A stretch of DNA of 64,000 nt, from positions 511,085,675-511,149,674 of the forward strand of contig NC_133618.1 in assembly GCF_048593235.1 (NCBI RefSeq). The letters are read 5' to 3'. A program made the translations under genes and the position numbers. Below, one piece after another: positions 36,681 through 47,328 of this stretch (positions are counted from its first letter, which is position 1; the number at the start of each line of letters is the position of its first letter). This DNA comes from Sminthopsis crassicaudata. Lineage: Eukaryota. Below the pieces are notes generated by a model, which was not told the origin of the DNA, made no database searches, and saw only the letters and a program-made list of their open reading frames with translations.

Positions 36681-38709
36681 GGGGGCGGGGAGCACTGAGG
36701 GCCGCTATAAATAGAGCAGGGGGCGGGGGGTTGGGGGGGGTGGCAGAGGGAACAGTGAGGGGGAAGACGGGGACTGGCCAACGCGGACTCCAGGGTCATG
36801 GCCCCAGGGGGGCGGGGGGAAGGGAAAGCTGGGGACCCCCAGAGGCTCTGACTCCTGGGTAAACAGGCTTGGGGGCGGGGTTAACCCCGTGGGTGGGGGC
36901 TGGGGGAGTACACGGTGTCCCGGGCTGGGGCCCAAGAGACCCCGCTGTGGACTGAGCTAACCCCTCCTTGCCCGGTCCAAAGACTGGGAGAGACCGAGGC
37001 TGCCCAACACTGTCCCGGAAAGGGCAAATCCTTTCGGGTTTATAGCCCTTGCATTGCCTGTCTGTCGGTCTTCCCCGGGCATCCCTGGAGGACCTGCGTT
37101 ACCTCATCCCCGCCCCTCTTTCAATGTAGGTCACTTATGGTTGGGGCAGGGTGGGAGGTTGCCCTGGGCATGAGGCAGGCCCGGCTTGACTGCGCCTACC
37201 CATCTCCTGCCAACCCGCAAGCTCCCCCAGGACTCTCCAGCCCAGCCTAGCCCACCCCCACCTCCGTGCAGCCTGGTTTCCGAGACACCATTTAGGGGCC
37301 CCCGGCACTGAGCCAATTGGAAACAATGACCAATGGAACTAAAGCTGCCAACTGTAACGCCTGCACAGACCAACCCCCTTCCCTTCCCCAGACCCCCAAA
37401 CTCACCCCCCAAGCCTGGGAACTACGGCCTCCCCCTCCCCTTTCCAACTCCCCCAGGGAACATCAATGCCCCTTTCATCCCCACTTGGCAGGGGCTTCAG
37501 GACGGAAGGAGGGGCTGGGTAGGAGAAGGCTCTGAGAGAAGGATCAGGCCAGGATCACTTCAAAGCCCCCATTTCCCGCCCCCCCAATCCCTAGAGGCAT
37601 CAGACACACACACCCAGTTCTCCTAACACCCCACAACCTCTTTTCTACACCCTTCCCCCTACTCTGTTCACCATTATCCATCGGGAGCTGGGCACGGAAC
37701 ACAGGCAATCTGGCCTCCAGCCCAGTCCCCTCTCCCCTCCAAACCCAGGGTTTAACCCGATTTTAGTCAGAGAGAGGAAAGGCAGCTGGGCCTACAACTA
37801 TAGCTGTGAACAAGAAGGTGGGTGGCAAAGAATTTTGTTGTAGACCTCCTCCATGCTGAGATGGAGAGAACTAAGAAGGAGGGGGTCTTCTTTAGCAGTA
37901 ACAGGAAGTTGCTTGAAATCAGTACTTACTATATAGACCTGAGGGAAGGGAATATAAACCTTTCCTTAGAACTAGAAAAAGCGTTTATTAGTCTGCTCTC
38001 TAGGTTGAAAGCAGTAATTCACAACCAATAAGCCTAAAGTTATAATGGCAAAGAGCCCTTATATTCATAAATAAACAAATGTCTATTTGAAGAATAATTC
38101 TATTGCAATTAACAAAATACAGATTCATTTTTAATGTAGTATTGAAACTATAATAGTTTTTTAAGATCATTATGTATTTTCCCAACCTGTTTACTAATCA
38201 TGTTGAGGGTCCTCAATCTTGAATTATGCTGGAAAGTATACACTAGTCTACTAATAGTCATAGTTGAAGGGAATGGAGGAGGGGAACTAGGGAGAGAGAG
38301 GTGACCTGGGAGTTCCAACATCTAAATTCGTCTCTGGGTCAGAATGACTCAGGGAGAACCTGATAAGGGGCCTAGGGAAGAGAGGGGAGGGATGAGCAGG
38401 AAATTTCCACTAGCAATTTGGGATGGTTCCCAGAAAGTAGGGTCCTCACCTTCAAGGAAAAGACAACTGTTCTCATGAGATAGGATTCCTTGTCTGAGGT
38501 AAACTTTTGCTAGGAAAGGAACAGCTAAATCAAGCTGTTTCATTTAGGTTCCTTTAGCCATAAATTCAACAATAAAAGCTTATCTCACTTTAATATACAT
38601 TTACTAAGATTCCACTATATAGTGAACTGAACAGAAAACATTTTGAAGAAGACAATTTCAATCAACAAACTTGAGTTAAATTTATACTGGCTCTCTACAA
38701 TGCAAGTAA

Positions 38710-38890
38710 TTGGTTTTTGTTCAATTATTTTCAGTTGGGTCTGACTCTTGGTAACCCCATTTGGGGTTTTTTTAGCAAATAAACTGGAGTGGTTTGTTAT
38801 TGTCTACTCCAGTTCATTTTACAGATGCGGAAACTGAGGCAAATTGGGTGAAGTGATTTGCCCAGGGTTATACAGCTAGTTAAGGGCCAT
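38710..38890 (-). mobile_element. MAR1/MIR-like CORE-SINE
   Basis: CCCCATTTGGGGTTTTT..GCAAA...CATTTTACAGATGCGGAAACTGAGGCAAA...GTGATTTGCCCAGGGT. Confidence 0.7.
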
Positions 38891-40454
38891 TTGAAGTATT
38901 AAAGCCAGAACTCAGAAAAATTAGCAAAAAAAAAAAATATATATATATATATAAAGTGGGGGTCAAGTCCATTTGCATTAGACTCTTCTCATTGGTGTAT
39001 CTCTTAATCAATATCCCCCTCAAAGTTTGGAAAAGATAATGTTTTTCTTGGCTATGATAACTTTTCAGTCTTCACTGGCAGTCATGAACCATTGAGAAAC
39101 CAAGATCCACTGATTAAGAGAATCTGTTGCAAATTAATTGGAGCCCATTAAAGAAAATATTTAGGTGACATAGTAGATTGAGCTCATCTACAAGTATATT
39201 CTCATTTGATCTTTAAACTCATTTTACATATGAGGAAACTGAAAAAAATAATTGACTTGCCCTGAGTCACAAAGTATTTGAATAAGCTAGTAAGTGTGTG
39301 AAGTCAGATTTGAACTCCAGATTGGGCCTTCTCTACTGTATGGCATCTAACTTCCTCAAAAAAATAATTGCAAAAAGCACTTAGCACCATGACTAGCACA
39401 TAGTAGGCCCTATATAAACGTTAGTTATTATTATTGTTGAGCCTCTGGTTACCAAGACAAAATGAAACCCTCCCTGTCCTCAAAAGAAAATCTTATCAAG
39501 AGGGAGAGATCACTAGTAAAAGGGTATCAAGGAAGGCTTCATGCAGGAGCTAGTACCTGCATTGAACTTTGAAGGGAGCTATGAATTCAGTGTTGGATAG
39601 ATTCAAAAGATGTCACATCATGTACGTAAATAGCCAGTAAGACAGAACAGAGACTGGAAGACTAAGTGGAAGCCAGATTGTGAAGGGACCTAAGTGCCAA
39701 GATGAGGTTTTGTATTTTATTCTAGGGACAATTGGCGGCCATTGAAAGTTGCTTAGTAGGAGGATGACGTGGATTCCATGGTCACATCTGTATTATAGGA
39801 AGATTACTGTGGCCCATGTAGACAGAAGATTACAAAAGGATAGACTTTTGCAACAGGCAAAAAGAATGGTGAGGAGGAAATAGAGATGAGAAATGGATGG
39901 AAAATCCACCATGCTGCTTGACAAGTGATGGCAGATGGGGAATGAGAGGGAGTGACTCATGACTCGAAAGTCTTAAAACTCCATATACAGGATCTCACTT
40001 TTGACTCCTAGCAGTCTAGCCTCTCAAAAAACTCTTGACACACCAGTATACAAAGAAAACCACAGTGTGGACGTATTTAGATCCCTTAGGGATAGGCTGA
40101 ACTCCTAGTCTCCAGCCAACTTGGTGCTGTAAATCAATTCAGTGAGGTATGAGAAATTTGCAGACGATATCCGGTATGTGGCACAAGGACCTAGATTCAG
40201 AATCCCTAGAAGCAAAAATCCTTCCTCCCCCTTTCTCTCATTGGTCCCTTTGGTGTGCTGAACTATGGGAATATGCGAAGTCCACTTTGTTCTAGTCATT
40301 CTATTTCCCTGAGCTCATAAAAGTGGAGACTCAGGTTAAATAGGAGACTTCTTCTACAAAGCTGGCCTCAGATTTATAAAAGACAGTTTTGTCATGGAAT
40401 TGCTAGTCCTAGAGTCAAAAATACACGAGTTCCCATGGTACTCTTATTAGATTG

Positions 40455-41220
40455 ATTCACAAGACAAAAGAAAAAAAAGAAAAAAAAATGATAAAATTTT
40501 GGGAGGACATGGGAAAATTGGAACATTAATGTATTGTTAGTGGAACTGTGAACTGATCTAACCATTCTGGAGAACAATTTGGAACTATGCCCAAAGGGCT
40601 ATAAAACTATGTATAACCTTTGATCCAGTAATACCTCTACTAGGTCTGCATCCCAAAAAGGTCGTAAAAAATGGAAAAGGACCCATATGTACAAAAATAT
40701 TTAAGGGGAGGCCAATCAAGTGGAGAATGGCTGACCAAACTGTGGCATATGAGTGTAATGGAATATTGTTTTTCTATAAGAAATGATGAACTTTAGAAAA
40801 ACATGGAAGGATTTACATGAACTTATGCTAAATGAGGTGAGCAAAACCAGAACATTGTGCACAGTAACAGCAATACTATGCAGAGGATCAACTTTGATAG
40901 ACTGCTCTTTTTAACACTACAGTGATATAAAACAAATTCTAAAAAACTCATGATAGAAAATGCTATCCACATCCAGAGAAAGAAATATGGAATCTGAATG
41001 CAGATTGGAGCTATTTTTACTTTATTGTTAAGTTTTTTTCTTATGGTTTTTCCCTTTTTTATTCTTCTTTCATAACATGACTAATGTAGAAATATGTTTA
41101 ATATGATTATAATTGTATAACCTATATCAGATTGATTGTGGTCTTAGGGGGGAAGCATGGAGAAAAATAGAAATAAAAATCTTGTAAAAGTAAATGTCAA
41201 AAATTAATACTTTTTAAAAA
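40455..41220 (+). mobile_element. Decayed LINE-1 3' end (ORF2 C-terminus and 3' UTR)
   Basis: GGAACATTAATGTATTG...CCATTCTGGAGAACAATTTGGAACTATGCCCAAAGGGCTATAAAAC...CCTTTGATCCAG, homologous to the L1 at 13623-14655. Confidence 0.8.
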
Positions 41221-41229
41221 ATTACACGA

Positions 41230-41390
41230 GTTGAAATCCAACCTCAGACCGTAGGTATGTGACCCTAGGCAAGTCACTGTACCCTAGTTGCCTCAGTTTT
41301 CTCATCTGTAAAACGAACGGGAGATGGAAATGACAAACCTCTCCAGTATCTTGACCAAGACAACCCCTAATGCAGTCACAAAAAGTCCAG
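41230..41390 (+). mobile_element. MIR/MAR1 SINE
   Basis: GTGACCCTAGGCAAGTCACT...GCCTCAGTTTTCTCATCTGTAAAA core. Confidence 0.75.
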
Positions 41391-41819
41391 AAGGTTGATT
41401 TTAGGAATAAACTTAATCTTGTTTATGTACAAGCAACAAATACTTAATATCTTAGTCAAGGGTGTGATGCTGGGGGGTGATGGGTAATCAGTTTCTGCTT
41501 TTTGATCGGACATCTACAGAAGAATTAAAATCTGATAGACTTATCACTATAGGTAAGAATCTAAGTTGTAAAATAGACTATAAGTGGTAAGGGAATTCTA
41601 GGAAGGGAGAAATAATCCTGAGTTAAGGGGAAATCAGGAGTTGAACTTTAAACAAAAAATCAAGTTCCAATAGATTGGAAAACAGACTTTGATGGACACA
41701 AAGCAGTTGGTGGGGAAGAGTGAATAAGCTGACATTCTTGGAACTATGAGGAATGTTGGGAAGCAATGGAAGATTTGTCTCTTGTTTTGGTTCTCATTTT
41801 TTATTCAGACCCATCATTT

Positions 41820-42080
41820 CATCTATTTGTTGTTCATTCATGTCCAACTATTCATGACTTCATAGACTTGTCCTTGAGGTTTTCTTGGCAAAGATATTAA
41901 ACTGGTTTACCACTTCATTCTCCAATGTGTAACCGTTTTATATATGAGGAACTGAACAAAATAGGGGTTAAAATGACTTGCCCGGGATCACATAGATAGT
42001 AAGTTTCTGAGACTGGATTTGAACTCGCATCTTCCAGACTCCAGGCCCAGTGATTTATCTGTTATACCACCTAACTGCCT
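41820..42080 (-). mobile_element. MAR1-like CORE-SINE
   Basis: TTTTCTTGGCAAAGAT...GAGGAACTGA...GACTTGCCCGGGATCAC...GGATTTGAACTC. Confidence 0.7.
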
Positions 42081-42427
42081 AATTTCATCCACTTATGGAA
42101 TTTTTAATGTGAAAATATCCTTCAATGATGCAGATCCAGCTCCTAGTCTTAAAGAGTTAATGAGATGGTAAGTAACCTACTCCATTCACGCAGCCAGTAT
42201 TGCCTCCAAGGTTATACTTCTTTAAAAATACTTGGGTCTTAGCTTTTAAGGGCCCTTAATGTCAGGATAAGGAAACTGGAGGTGGGGGGAGAACCACTGA
42301 AGAATTTTGAAGAGGGCACTGACAAAGATCTTAAGGATAGGGACTAGATAAGTGAATTCACTGATAGAGGGAACTTCCTAGAAGAAAAAACTCTGGCCCT
42401 TTCTGCAATTTGTAGTCATAGAAAACT

Positions 42428-42622
42428 GCCTAGATCAGTGCTGTCAAACTCAAAGTGAAGCAGGAGCCACCTATCTGTACATAAAGATCCCCACAGGCTG
42501 CATATTAACCCAGAAAACCACATATTGGCAAGATCTATACTCTATTGTATCTGTATTTGTTTTGTTACATATTTCCCAATTACATTTTGATCTGATTTCT
42601 GGTTGGTATTTGAGACTTCTGG
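42428..42622. mobile_element. Possible old hAT-type non-autonomous DNA transposon
   Basis: Begins CAGTGCTGTCAAACT and ends ATTTGAGACTTCTG (degenerate TIRs), flanked by GCCTAGAT/GCCTAGGG (possible 8-bp TSD, 6/8). Confidence 0.4.
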
Positions 42623-43608
42623 CCTAGGGGAGTGGAGGGGTGACTTGCCCAGAGTGGTACATGTGAAGCAGGACATGAATTCCCATTTTACTGGCCCGAA
42701 GCCAGGCCGCCCATTGGCCTTGTCACCTGTCCTTTAGGCAGATGAATCTGGTCTTTTGCCCGCTGAATTAAAGGGAAATGCAGCTGGAGCTGGAAGACTA
42801 GACATGAGGTTCTAGGAAGAATGGAGGTATGGTTAAGGTACAAGATTCTACACCAGATCAGTGGTGGGAGGAAAAGAGAGACAGGGAGGAATTGAAAAGA
42901 CTCTAAGGAAGGAGTCGGAACAGAACTTGGTGACTGATAATGCCGCTGGGCCGTGCAGCTTCGAGGTGGAGTTGTCCTGGTGCAGACCCGCCGTTATCTC
43001 TGCTTTCCCTATTCTCTTGGGAAGAGCTTGTGGACAGCAAGACCAGGGACCAGAAGGTTAGCGGCCTGGCCCAGTAGGATGAGGACAGTTTGGGTCAGGG
43101 GAGGTCGGTGGAGGGCAGGCCGGCCAGGAGGGACAAGATGGGGGGCAGAGCGGAGGGATATGTGGCCACTCAGCCACCCCACAGGCTGATTTCTGGGGGC
43201 TTGCCACATTGATGTCATAGATCATCGATGAGATCACAGCTGCCTCTCCCCAGGTGCCTGCAGTCCATACTAGACCCACACTTTCCTCCCTCCCCCAACA
43301 TACTTACACCAAAGAGCTAAAAGCCAGGCAGCTCCAGGCACCATTTGGTCCCTCTTAGGTGGGAAGCCAAAAGAGGGAGGAGGCTGGGTTAGTGATTCTG
43401 GGAAGAAGTTAGCGGTGAGGGGGTGAAACAAAGGGAAATTAGTGAAGGCCAGGGAAGCTCTTGTGTCTGCACTGCCTCGGCTTTAACCCAGTCCCTTTTC
43501 CGTCTCTCTCTCCAGGCCTCCCCCTTCCCCTCCCCCTCCCCCTTCCCCTTCCTTTTTCCCTCCCCACCATTTTCCCTGTCTCTCCTCTCCCTAACCTGCA
43601 GCTGACCA

Positions 43609-46600
43609 ATGGAATCAGAAGCGGAGAAAACCTTTCACCTCTTTGCCGCCTTTGGGGATTCTTCCTCCAGTGGCAGTAACCTCAACAACCAGAACTTTGT
43701 CAAGTTGTGTAAGGACTGCGGCATCATAGATGGCAAGGCAATCACCCCCACTGATGTGGATATTGTGTTCAGCAAAGTCAAGTGAGGAGGCCGTGGAATC
43801 TAGATTATGGCGCCTGGGGATGGGGAAAGAGAAAGGGGTAAAAGCATTAGCTTCGGGGAAGGAGTGACAAGTTTGAGGAGACACTGGGCTATCACTGAAT
43901 GAAGTGATAAGGTAATGAACCCTTTTTTAAATTTTCATATCTGGCACGTGTTTTATTTTTAAATGTTTGTTTAAACATTGTCAAATGTTTAAATGTTAAA
44001 TGAAATAATGGAGGCAAGAAGGCTTTGAATTCAGATTTTCCCCTACCTTAATACAGGACTGTTAGATTCTCCCCATAAAGCCTGACGTCCCTTTTTACTC
44101 AGAGATCTTAGGCAACGAAGGTAAGGATTCTGGGGTATTAGAGGAGGGGAGAGGCTCTAGATTGGAAAGCTGATTCTGAGGCAGGGATGACAGAGCTGGG
44201 GGGGAGGGAGGAGAAGGAAGTCGCTTATGTCTTAGCACAACTGCGCATGGTGTCAATCATTCCAGGGAAAAGAATGTCCGAAGCATCGATTGGAGTCGGT
44301 TCCAGTCAGCAATCAAGGAACTGGGTCAAAAAAAATTCACTGGAAAAAGCCCAGAAGAGGCATTGCAGAGTATGTTTGCCCTCATGAAGAACAAGGGTCC
44401 AGTTGCTTCAGGAGTGACTGTGAGTGACACTGATCTTGACCTTAATCTCCTCAATCCTTGCCTAGAATCAGAGAAATCTGGAGTGGGAAGAAGCTCCCAG
44501 AACCCATTCACAACCCGCTACTCCCCTTCTCCCCCCCAGCTCCGCTGGAGAAACCTGTTCCAGTCCAGATAGCTCTGTTTATTAAGTTTCACTTGAGTCA
44601 GATCTGCTTCCTTGTTTGTTGCTCCTACCATAGTCCTCCTACTTCTACCCAATAATAATCCTCCTCTTCTCCAGGTAAAAGCTCTGCAGTTCCTTCAGCC
44701 AACCCTTGCTGGGCAGAGTTTCTAGTCCTTTACCTTTATCTTCTGGTATCCATAATTGTATGGCATGTTCCAGTTATGATCCATCTAGGGCAGAATATCG
44801 ACGCTCTCATTTCCCTCAATCTGAATACAATCCTTCAAATTTCACAGACTCAGATCACACACGTCTTTTGACTCCTTTATCACAATGCTGTATTCCACTG
44901 CCATGCCTTTTTAAAAATTCACTTTTATTTTCAGTCAAATCCTCTCCTTCCCACCATTCATTAAGGAAACAAGAAAAACAAAAACAAAATCTTCTGCAAA
45001 CATGTCTAGTTAAGAAAAAAAATCACATTAGCCATGTCATTGTGTGTGTGGATACATATACACAGATATGTGTGTGTGTTTGTGTGCGTACACACACCTC
45101 TCAGTATGTACTGTGGAGTCCACTAGCTCCCTAACTGAAGGTGGGTAGCATTTTTCATTGGGTCCTTTGGAATTGTGGCTGATTCTTGTGTTGATCAGAA
45201 TTCCTGAGTCTTTCAAAGTTATTTTTCTTTACAATATTGTTATTATACAAATTGTCCTCCTGGTTCTGTTCACTTCACTATATATCAGTTCATACAAGTA
45301 TTCTTGGATTTTTCGAAACCACTCCCTTCCTCTTTTCTTATAAGATTCCATCACATTAATATGTCCTCATATGTTCAGCTTTCCTTAGGTGGTGTATATA
45401 TAAAATTCTTTTTAACCACACGGCCATCCTTCTAAACTTATTTATGCAGCTGAGTTTTTGCACCTAAGTGAAGGATCTCCTAGTAAAGATTTACTAGTAA
45501 GTTTTCACTTTTTCTAATTCATCTCACTTTCCAAACCTAACCTTTAATATTCTTTATTAACATTTGTCAGACCTGGCCATTGGTACCCATGACTCCTGCC
45601 ACACTACTACAAATCCTGTCAAGAGAGAGCAGCTATAAAAGTCTCAAGAAGCAAGGGGTTAATCTGGATATAAGCCTGAATTAATGATATAGAGACTATT
45701 AGAACTGGAAAGCCCTTAGAAATCATCAGATGAAAACTTCTCACTTAACTGATTAGGGCGTTGAGGCCAGTCCAATAGAATATAAACTCCTCAAGGAGTG
45801 ACAAATCAGGATACAGAACAAAAAATTCACTTGAGCCTTTGGCACCATACTTCCTCTGTTCTCAAGCAAGGACTCAAGTAGAGGGCTCATCCCAGCAATC
45901 TGAATCTAAGAGTGGGACGCATCTTCAGAGGTCAATATAGTCAAACCCAATCTAGAACATTTTTCTACAAAAATCTCCACCAGTGGTCTCTATATAGAAA
46001 TTGCCAGTGATAGAGAACCACTTCAATTTTTTATAACGTACACCCAAGGAACTGAGTCTTTTTAAGATACTAAGTTATATGAAGCACATTGATTTAATTC
46101 ATCAAGCCATGGAAACTGAAACCTAACTAAATTTAAAAAAAAAAAACTTAAATTTTATTTTAAAACATAAGCTTTAAAAATGAGACCCAAAATGTCAGGT
46201 TTTTTTTTTTCCTGAGAAATTAAAGTTGCCTTGTTATAACTGGCACATACTGTGTATTCATGCCTATTCACCCTTTCAAATGAACTCAAATTCTGCTTCA
46301 ACAACTTGAAGCCTCAACTCATTTCTCCTAAAGTAAAAAATAATATAATAATCTCTCTTGCACCAGATTCTCTCTCAGTTACTTAAAGATGGCTATCCTT
46401 ATTTCTCTTGTCTGCCCCATTTTTGTCTTTTCTTCAGGCTTTACACTCTCAGTTCTTTCATCTGATCCTTTTATATCATTTTGTCTTCTCCAATCTCCTC
46501 CCTTCCCAGAATGAAATGGTACACTCTCATACTCTAAACTCCTTGTCTTTATTCTAATCTTGGGCTCCCTTTCCTCTTCTTTCTATCCCTTGTAAACTTA

Positions 46601-47205
46601 GCCTTTGTCACCCTCTATTTCAATGCTCCCACTTCAGCAAGTGTGTCTTCTTGCACATTTCCATGGAAAAGGGGTTGGGGCAGGGGCTGACTGGCTGGGC
46701 TCCTTGTGTAGGAGTATCCACAGAAGATTCTTTAGATTAGAAGAGGAAGTTCTTCCAATCTCCTTCAGCCTGTGCTGGGGTAGAGGTCTTCTCATCTGGT
46801 CTTAACTTCAGCTAAGGAACTCCAGCTTGTTGGTGATCCCCTTATACAATGATACGGAAAATGGTGATAACTCTGGGCAGTTGGAGGGAAGAGAGATGAT
46901 GGATTGAGGGGTCTGGGAATTTATGTGTATGCATGTTGGAAAGAAGGGTAGGAGATGGAATAGAGTAGGAAAAAAGGTCTTCCAATTCTAACTCTGCTCT
47001 TCGGTGGGTTTCTATGATTTTACAGAAAGCAATGACAGTGGGAGGTGTGGACCGTCTGACAGACCCCAGCAAGTATACAGGCTCCCACAAGGATCGTTTT
47101 GATGAAGTTGGTAAAGGGAAGGGTAAAGCAGGGCGGGAGGACATGAACACTGGCTACGTGAGTGGTTACAAAGGTGCTGGCACCTATGACAAGAAGAAAA
47201 AATAG
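43609..47205 (+). CDS. TPPP2: Tubulin polymerization-promoting protein family member 2 (p18), 168 aa
   Basis: Exons 43609-43781, 44266-44419 and 47026-47205, GT-AG, in frame (507 nt). [16 protein letters not shown]...[22 protein letters not shown]...[27 protein letters not shown]...GYVSGYK matches the p25alpha family. The N-terminus and synteny indicate TPPP2. Confidence 0.95.
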
Positions 47206-47322
47206 AGGCCTGGCTTGCCCTTTATAGGGAATGGGGCATAGGGAGAGAAAGAGCCTCCCTGTTTCCCCCCTCCATCTTCAACTTCCTCTCCTTAGCTCTT
47301 ACTCCATCACCACCAGGGAGAC

Positions 47323-47328
47323 AATAAA
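47323..47328 (+). terminator. TPPP2 polyadenylation signal
   Basis: AATAAA about 118 nt after the stop codon. Confidence 0.6.

Larger units (their letters stand above)
35420..36900. promoter_or_regulatory. NDRG2 CpG island and promoter
   Basis: Very high GC and CpG density, multiple GGGCGG boxes (35941-36040), G-run clusters at 36721-36740 and 36805-36830. Confidence 0.88.

Noticed and set aside
35424-37626. Many overlapping 60-185 aa ORFs on both strands
   Set aside because: Expected from stop-codon scarcity in a CpG island. The peptides are low-complexity Pro/Gly/Arg.
43301-43310. Strong minus-strand donor GTAAGTA (possible distal NDRG2 or antisense exon)
   Set aside because: No matching acceptor or promoter could be supported from sequence alone.
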